Positions 58,658 through 64,000 of a stretch of DNA of 64,000 nucleotides are shown in pieces; position 1 is the first letter of the stretch, and each line of letters begins with the position of its first letter. The translations under genes and the position numbers were made by a program. Origin of the DNA: Myxococcota bacterium (GTDB taxonomy: Bacteria > Myxococcota_A > SURF-8); NCBI GenBank assembly GCA_965140415.1, contig OZ223209.1:2240001-2304000 (forward strand), written 5' to 3'. The notes beneath the pieces are model-generated. The model worked only from the letters and a program-made list of their open reading frames with translations. It was not told where the DNA came from and ran no database searches.

Positions 58658-60900
58658 GGTGTAGCCTCCTTCGCCTGCAAGGTTACAGGCTGCATCGTTC
58701 GCCATTTGATGTCCGTGCCCAGTCGTTGCAGGTAGGCGATCAACGCGATGATTTCCTTGTCTTCCAGATTTTTCGGGCCGCCTTGAGTGATGATTTCTTC
58801 TGCAATCAGGCGCGCCTGCTGGTTGGCGTGATCCTCCGCATTACCGATATCGATATCGGAATAGGGGACTCCGATGGCAGCCAGGGCTTTCAGTTTGGAC
58901 TTAAGAAGCTCGTGGTTCTGCACGTCGGCTTGCAAATGTTCGAAAGCAGGCATGACCGATCCAGGCGTGGTGGATGTAGGCATCTCCATATGGCGTACGT
59001 GCCAGAGATGCGGATATTTGGCTCCGACGCGGTGCAGATCCGGGCCGGTACGTTTCGAGCCCCACTGGAAGGGGTGGTCGTAAATGAATTCTCCTGCTTT
59101 GCTGTATTCGCCGTAACGCTCCGTCTCCGAGCGGAAGGGGCGCACCATCTGAGAATGGCAGTTGTAACAACCCTCCCGAATGTAAATGTCGCGACCTTCC
59201 ACTTCCAGCGGAGTATACGGATGTACACTGGCGATCGGTTTGACGTTGTCGTCATCGGCGAATAGCGGAACCAGTTCCACCAAAGAACCCACCGACAGCG
59301 CAAGCAATGTCAGCACCGTGAAAACAACCGGCGTGCGCTCTAGTACGCGATGAAAACCATGTCGCAACGCGTCTTGCACCTTGAACAGGGCATGGTCATA
59401 GGTGTTGGGTTGCAGTGCGATAGCCGGTTCCGGTGTCTCCGTCTTTTTGGAGAGCGGGGCGGCCTGCACTTCCGGTTCAACGGCGAAATCCTTGGGCGCT
59501 TTGGCGATGGTTCGCAACAGATTGTAGGCCAGCATGAACATCCCGGTCAGATACAGGATACCGCCGGTCAGCCGCAGCCAGAACATCGGCACAAGAGTTA
59601 GCACCGTTTCGATGAAGTCCGGATACATCAGGCGGCCATCGGCTTCGAATGCGCGCCACATCAATCCCTGGGTGATGCCTGCTACCCACATGGAAACCTG
59701 GTAGAAGATCAGTCCGATGGTGGCAATCCAGAAATGCGCGTTGACCATTTTCCGGTTGTGCAGTTCGGTTTTCCAGAGCCGGGGAATCATCCAGTAAATC
59801 GCTCCGAAGGTGATCATGCCGTTCCAGCCCAGTGTCCCCGCATGGACGTGTCCGATGGTCCAGTCGGTGTAATGGGAAAGCGCGTTTACCGCTTTAATGG
59901 ACAGCATCGGTCCTTCGAATGTGGACATTCCGTAGTAGGTCACGCCTACAACCAGGAATTTCAGTACGGGTTCCTCCCGGAGCTTGTCCCAGGCACCACG
60001 CAGGGTAAACAGACCGTTGATCATGCCTCCCCAGCTTGGCGCCCAGAGCATCAGCGAGAACAGCATCCCCAGGGTCGAAGCCCAGTAGGGCAGGGCGGTG
60101 TAATGCAGATGATGCGGTCCAGCCCAGATGTAGATGAATACCAGGGTCCAGAAATGCATGATCGACAATTTGTAGCTGAACACCGGGCGTTCCGCTGCTT
60201 TGGGAAGGTAGTAGTACATCAATCCGAGAAAGGGAGTCGTCAGTACGAAGGCGACGGCGTTGTGGCCATACCACCACTGCACGAGCGCATCGCGAACACC
60301 GGAGTAGGCCGAGTAGCTGTCCAGCCAGGAATAGGGCATCTGGATGTTGTTGAAGATGTGCAGCAACGCCACGGCCAGAATGCTGGCGATATAAAACCAG
60401 ATGGCCACGTATAAATGTTGTTCGCGGCGTTTCATGATCGTGCCGAATACGTTCACGGCAAAGGCCACCCAGACCACGGCAATGGCGATATCCAACAGCC
60501 AGGGAAGCTCGGCATATTCACGGGATTGCGTATGGCCGGTCAAAAGCGCCAAGGCTCCAAGCACGATGATTATCTGCCAACCCCATAAGTGGAAGGCGGA
60601 GAGCTTATCGCTGAACATACGGGCTTTCAACAGGCGCTGGGTCGAATAATAAACGCCTGCAAAAATAATGTTTCCCGCAAATGCGAAGATGACGGCGTTG
60701 GTGTGGATGGGGCGTAGCCGTCCGAACGTCAAATAGGGGGCCAGATTTAAATCCGGCAAAAAGAGCAGACTTGCGGCAATCACGCCCATGCTCATTCCGA
60801 CCAGCCCCCAGATGACGGTTGCCAGGATGAAGCCTCGCACGGTTTTGTCATCGTAGCGGAACGTTTCCAGTTTTTCACTCATGACAGACCTATTCTTCAT
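58654..60900 (-). CDS. ccoNO: Fused cbb3 cytochrome c oxidase subunits I/II
   Basis: FGRLRPIHTN, QWWYGHNAV, WAGPHHL, GHVH; then GRDIYIREGCYNCHSQMVRP, WGSKRTGPDL in one reading frame. Confidence 0.96.
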   Translation of the reverse strand: MKNRSVMSEKLETFRYDDKTVRGFILATVIWGLVGMSMGVIAASLLFLPDLNLAPYLTFGRLRPIHTNAVIFAFAGNIIFAGVYYSTQRLLKARMFSDKLSAFHLWGWQIIIVLGALALLTGHTQSREYAELPWLLDIAIAVVWVAFAVNVFGTIMKRREQHLYVAIWFYIASILAVALLHIFNNIQMPYSWLDSYSAYSGVRDALVQWWYGHNAVAFVLTTPFLGLMYYYLPKAAERPVFSYKLSIMHFWTLVFIYIWAGPHHLHYTALPYWASTLGMLFSLMLWAPSWGGMINGLFTLRGAWDKLREEPVLKFLVVGVTYYGMSTFEGPMLSIKAVNALSHYTDWTIGHVHAGTLGWNGMITFGAIYWMIPRLWKTELHNRKMVNAHFWIATIGLIFYQVSMWVAGITQGLMWRAFEADGRLMYPDFIETVLTLVPMFWLRLTGGILYLTGMFMLAYNLLRTIAKAPKDFAVEPEVQAAPLSKKTETPEPAIALQPNTYDHALFKVQDALRHGFHRVLERTPVVFTVLTLLALSVGSLVELVPLFADDDNVKPIASVHPYTPLEVEGRDIYIREGCYNCHSQMVRPFRSETERYGEYSKAGEFIYDHPFQWGSKRTGPDLHRVGAKYPHLWHVRHMEMPTSTTPGSVMPAFEHLQADVQNHELLKSKLKALAAIGVPYSDIDIGNAEDHANQQARLIAEEIITQGGPKNLEDKEIIALIAYLQRLGTDIKWRTMQPVTLQAKEATP

Positions 60901-61493
60901 TCGTTTGAAAGAGTGTGTGCTGTTTCAGATCCCACATTCATCCTGTTTGGATGCGGAAAATAAATTTAACTTCTGTTTCGGCTTTTGTTCGATCCTTTAG
61001 AAACCGTGGATAGAAATCCCCAGCCTCCTTCACAGAAGAACCTCTAGAAATTCTAAGTCTCGATTAACGCTAGAATGTGTCCCTCCCACCACGTTTCGCT
61101 TTTGGCAGCAAACAAGCGTGGACAGGTAATGGCCATTGATCGTAGAAACTTTAAACGCTACAGACGAAATCGGTCAAAGAGGTTTGTCACATGTTGAGAA
61201 ATATTTCTTCAGGCACGTTATAAGATATCGAAATGGCGACACTTATTCCGCTTAACCAATGTTATTTACTATGTTTTGATTATGCCTTTTACAAGAATAA
61301 CCTGCAACCACATAATTGGATTTATTTTTAGAAATCCGACATTTATTGGTGGATTGAATGTTAGGGCTGGCTAGCAATGATGGTACTTGGGAAGCTATCT
61401 TGGGGAGAGATAGTAAAAGTCCCCACTGGGAAAACAACGTTCCAATGGGGAAAATGACGTTGGACCGATTGTTACAAACGCTTTGTAGGGCGG

Positions 61494-63098
61494 CTAGGCT
61501 TCGAAAATGACTTTTCCACCGATGATGGTCTTTTGCACTTCAATCTCTTGAATGTGTTCCGCAGCGACTTTAAGTGGATTTTCGCTCAGAACGACCATAT
61601 CCGCGCGCTTACCTGGAGTAAGGCTGCCCTTGTGCGCTTCTTCGAATTGAAGGTATGCGGCGCTATTCGTATATAAATCCAAGGCTTGGGAAGCATTGAG
61701 CGCCTGTTGGGTTTCAAAGCCTTCGCGCGTGATGCAGCAGGAGATGGCGTGCAATACGTCGATGAATTCCACCGGAGCGTCGCTTGCCCCGGCCAAAGGT
61801 ACGCCCGCTTCGACAATGCTTTTAAACGGATAGACCCATTTACAGCGTTCGGGACCGATGCGAACGGGGAGCCAGTCCTTTTCCGTATGAACGAACAGCG
61901 GTTGGGTGGAAACACACAATCCGAGTGCTTTCATACGTGTCAGCATCTGTTGATCCAACAGCGAGGCGTGTTCGATGCGATGCCGGTGATTTTTTCGAGG
62001 ATAGGCGGTCAGCAGTTTTTCATACAAATCCAGGCACAGCCGGTTGGCGTCGTCGCCGATGGCATGGATGGCAATCTGCAATCCGGCGCGGTGTGCGAAT
62101 TCCATGCGTCGGTAAATTTCCTCGGCGGGTTGCAGCAGGAATCCTTTGGTTTCCGGCTTGTCGGAGAATGGGGCGCTCATCAGTGCGGTGCTGGAACCGA
62201 AACTGCCGTCGGCGATGATTTTCAATCCGCCGACGCGGTGCCCACCGGGAATTTCGGTGTGCAGCGGGCTTTGCATGACGCCTTCGATGGCGGCGAGGTT
62301 TTCCGCAAACAAGAACGAATACAGATTGATCGGGAAGTGCTCCAGCAGCATGCCCATAATCATCGTTTCCAGCGCGCCGGATTCGCCCGTGGGGCCTTCC
62401 GTTCCCGTCTGGAAAATCGCACCCATCGACGTAATGCCCTTCGATGCAATGCGCTGTGACGTAAAACGCGCACCGGCAATCAGTTGATCCGGGGTGGGCA
62501 GGGGCAGGGCGTTTTTCAGAAGCGAGGCCGCCATTTCGCGAAAGGCACCGCTGGGTACGCCATGCTCGTCGCGGTCGATTTCTCCGCCTTCCGGGCAGGG
62601 AGTATCTGGGGTGACTCCCGCCGCTTCGATCGCACGGCTATTGGCGAGCACCATGTGACCGTCGTGTTTCACCAGTAGCAATGGGTAGTCGGGACAGGTA
62701 ATGTCCAGTTCCTGCCGTGTAGGAAAGCGCTTGTCGTGCATCTCCTGCTCGTCGAAATCAAGGCCGACCAGCCAGCCATCCTGGGCAAGCAGCTCGATTT
62801 GCGGCTGGAGACGCTGCCTGATGTCATCGAGACTGTGGACACCGCGCATGTTTACGTTCATGTCGTAGTAGATCATCATGAAGGGATGCGCGTGCGTGTC
62901 GATAAATCCGGGCAGCAGGGTTGAGCCCTTTAGATCGACAGGTTGCGCCGAAGTGCCCAATGCTGTTTGACAAGACGTTTTGCTGCCCCATGCGACAATG
63001 CTTCCGTCCCGAATCGCCAAGGCTTCCGGGTTCGGGTTGGCAGGATCCAACGTACAAATGTCACCGTTATAATAGAGTTGTGCAGATTGTTCTGTCAT
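61494..63098 (-). CDS. YtcJ-like metal-dependent amidohydrolase
   Basis: LLPGFIDTHAH, DGH...NSRA, KIIADGS, HAIGD, RIEH, SDAP, GSLTPGKRAD. Confidence 0.9.
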   Translation of the reverse strand: MTEQSAQLYYNGDICTLDPANPNPEALAIRDGSIVAWGSKTSCQTALGTSAQPVDLKGSTLLPGFIDTHAHPFMMIYYDMNVNMRGVHSLDDIRQRLQPQIELLAQDGWLVGLDFDEQEMHDKRFPTRQELDITCPDYPLLLVKHDGHMVLANSRAIEAAGVTPDTPCPEGGEIDRDEHGVPSGAFREMAASLLKNALPLPTPDQLIAGARFTSQRIASKGITSMGAIFQTGTEGPTGESGALETMIMGMLLEHFPINLYSFLFAENLAAIEGVMQSPLHTEIPGGHRVGGLKIIADGSFGSSTALMSAPFSDKPETKGFLLQPAEEIYRRMEFAHRAGLQIAIHAIGDDANRLCLDLYEKLLTAYPRKNHRHRIEHASLLDQQMLTRMKALGLCVSTQPLFVHTEKDWLPVRIGPERCKWVYPFKSIVEAGVPLAGASDAPVEFIDVLHAISCCITREGFETQQALNASQALDLYTNSAAYLQFEEAHKGSLTPGKRADMVVLSENPLKVAAEHIQEIEVQKTIIGGKVIFEA

Positions 63099-63111
63099 AG
63101 CGACTGTTCCT

Positions 63112-64000
63112 TCATGGCTCGATGGGAATCAAAGATCCGATGGCCATCATCAAGTAGGCCAACAGAATCAGAACCTGGAATGGAGTGGAGCCGAGTTTGC
63201 GTAGTTCGAAGTCGGTGGCTTGTATCGACGAGCGCTTACGAGCGCTGCGCAGCATGGGAATGACCAGCACGGCAATCAGCACCGCCGAAAGTCCGCCAGT
63301 CAGGCGCATGAAACCGAGAAAATTGGTTAGTCCGGTTACGGCGATGACCAGGGTCGGGACGGTGGCAATCAGCCAGGCGCGTCGGAAATTCATTTCGATG
63401 CGTTCCTGCAAGATTACCGCCAGCGCATAACTGAATGCCCAGTAGCTGGTCAGCATGGAAAGAAAGACCACCAGGGAGCCTAGTACCAGGGCCCAGTCCC
63501 CGACTGCCGAGCCCCAGCCGCTGATGGCGATGGGTGTAACCGGGTGAGAAACCAGCCAGGCCATGAGCGTCGTTATGGAAACGAAGGCGAAGTTCAACCC
63601 GATTCCTAATGCCACCGCCCAGGGAACGAGATGACGACGTTGCTGTAAGCCTTCCACAGCCTGTGGCACCGAAAACCAAGCCCCGAAACTGAACATTGCC
63701 ATGCCGTAAAACGCCATGGCTTCTCTTGCCCCACCGTTCAGTAGCGGCAATTCGGTAAAGGGATGATTCCACGAACCGGCTGTCAGCACGATCAGTAAAA
63801 GAGCGATTCCGATAATGGCGTATTTCTCGATGAAGCCAATGGCTTTCAGACCGAAAAACACAACGCCTGCGGCAATGACATAGGACAGTATTTCACCTGC
63901 GATCAAGGGGAAGCCTACCAGATCCAATAGGATTTCCGCGCAGCCGACAATGTAGCCTGTCAGTTGAACGTAAACGCCTCCCACCAGTAGAAAGAAGAAA
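63112..64000 (-). CDS. Amino-acid permease (aromatic amino-acid transporter-like), 5' end outside the window
   Basis: Multi-TM ORF open to the window edge; FYGMAMFSF...SVPQ, SMLTSYW. Confidence 0.7.
   Translation of the reverse strand, partial: FFFLLVGGVYVQLTGYIVGCAEILLDLVGFPLIAGEILSYVIAAGVVFFGLKAIGFIEKYAIIGIALLLIVLTAGSWNHPFTELPLLNGGAREAMAFYGMAMFSFGAWFSVPQAVEGLQQRRHLVPWAVALGIGLNFAFVSITTLMAWLVSHPVTPIAISGWGSAVGDWALVLGSLVVFLSMLTSYWAFSYALAVILQERIEMNFRRAWLIATVPTLVIAVTGLTNFLGFMRLTGGLSAVLIAVLVIPMLRSARKRSSIQATDFELRKLGSTPFQVLILLAYLMMAIGSLIPIEP

Noticed and set aside
1..64000. Mobile elements, defence systems, CRISPR arrays, tRNA or rRNA
   Set aside because: No integrase, transposase, nuclease, repeat-spacer periodicity or structural RNA signature recognised by eye

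Overview
A gene-dense bacterial chromosomal segment of moderate GC with about 47 CDS. I found no recognisable rRNA, tRNA, CRISPR array, integrase or transposase. The gene content (Hanks-type kinase with TPR, FecR-TPR/ECF cassette, multi-DsbA protein, fused ccoNO, alternative complex III, acidic DGD-rich lipoproteins) suggests a Myxococcota/deltaproteobacterial lineage; this is inference only. Main blocks: a flippase-like gene with a B12-radical SAM gene; a protein-disulfide oxidoreductase divergent from a triple-DsbA protein; a core (MesB-like) methionine synthase; galT-glgA; a second B12-radical SAM; a GT-C glycosyltransferase; an ECF sigma/FecR-TPR/outer-membrane protein cassette; TetR plus a truncated HlyD gene colliding with nadB; lon divergent from rpoH-glgP; TonB/TBDR/lipoprotein divergent from TlpA-TlpA-DUF6029-like barrel; a Ser/Thr kinase; pflX; mltF; a TMTC-like protein; a 15.6-kb single-strand respiratory cluster ccoNO-Q-P-G-H-I-S-actABCDEF; and an amidohydrolase with an amino-acid permease. 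The best leads are the cbb3-ACIII cluster, the extracytoplasmic thiol-redox modules, the receptor-less ECF/FecR cassette, and a TTGCA-N8-TGCAA promoter motif shared by two unlinked genes. All family calls come from motif recognition, not database searches.
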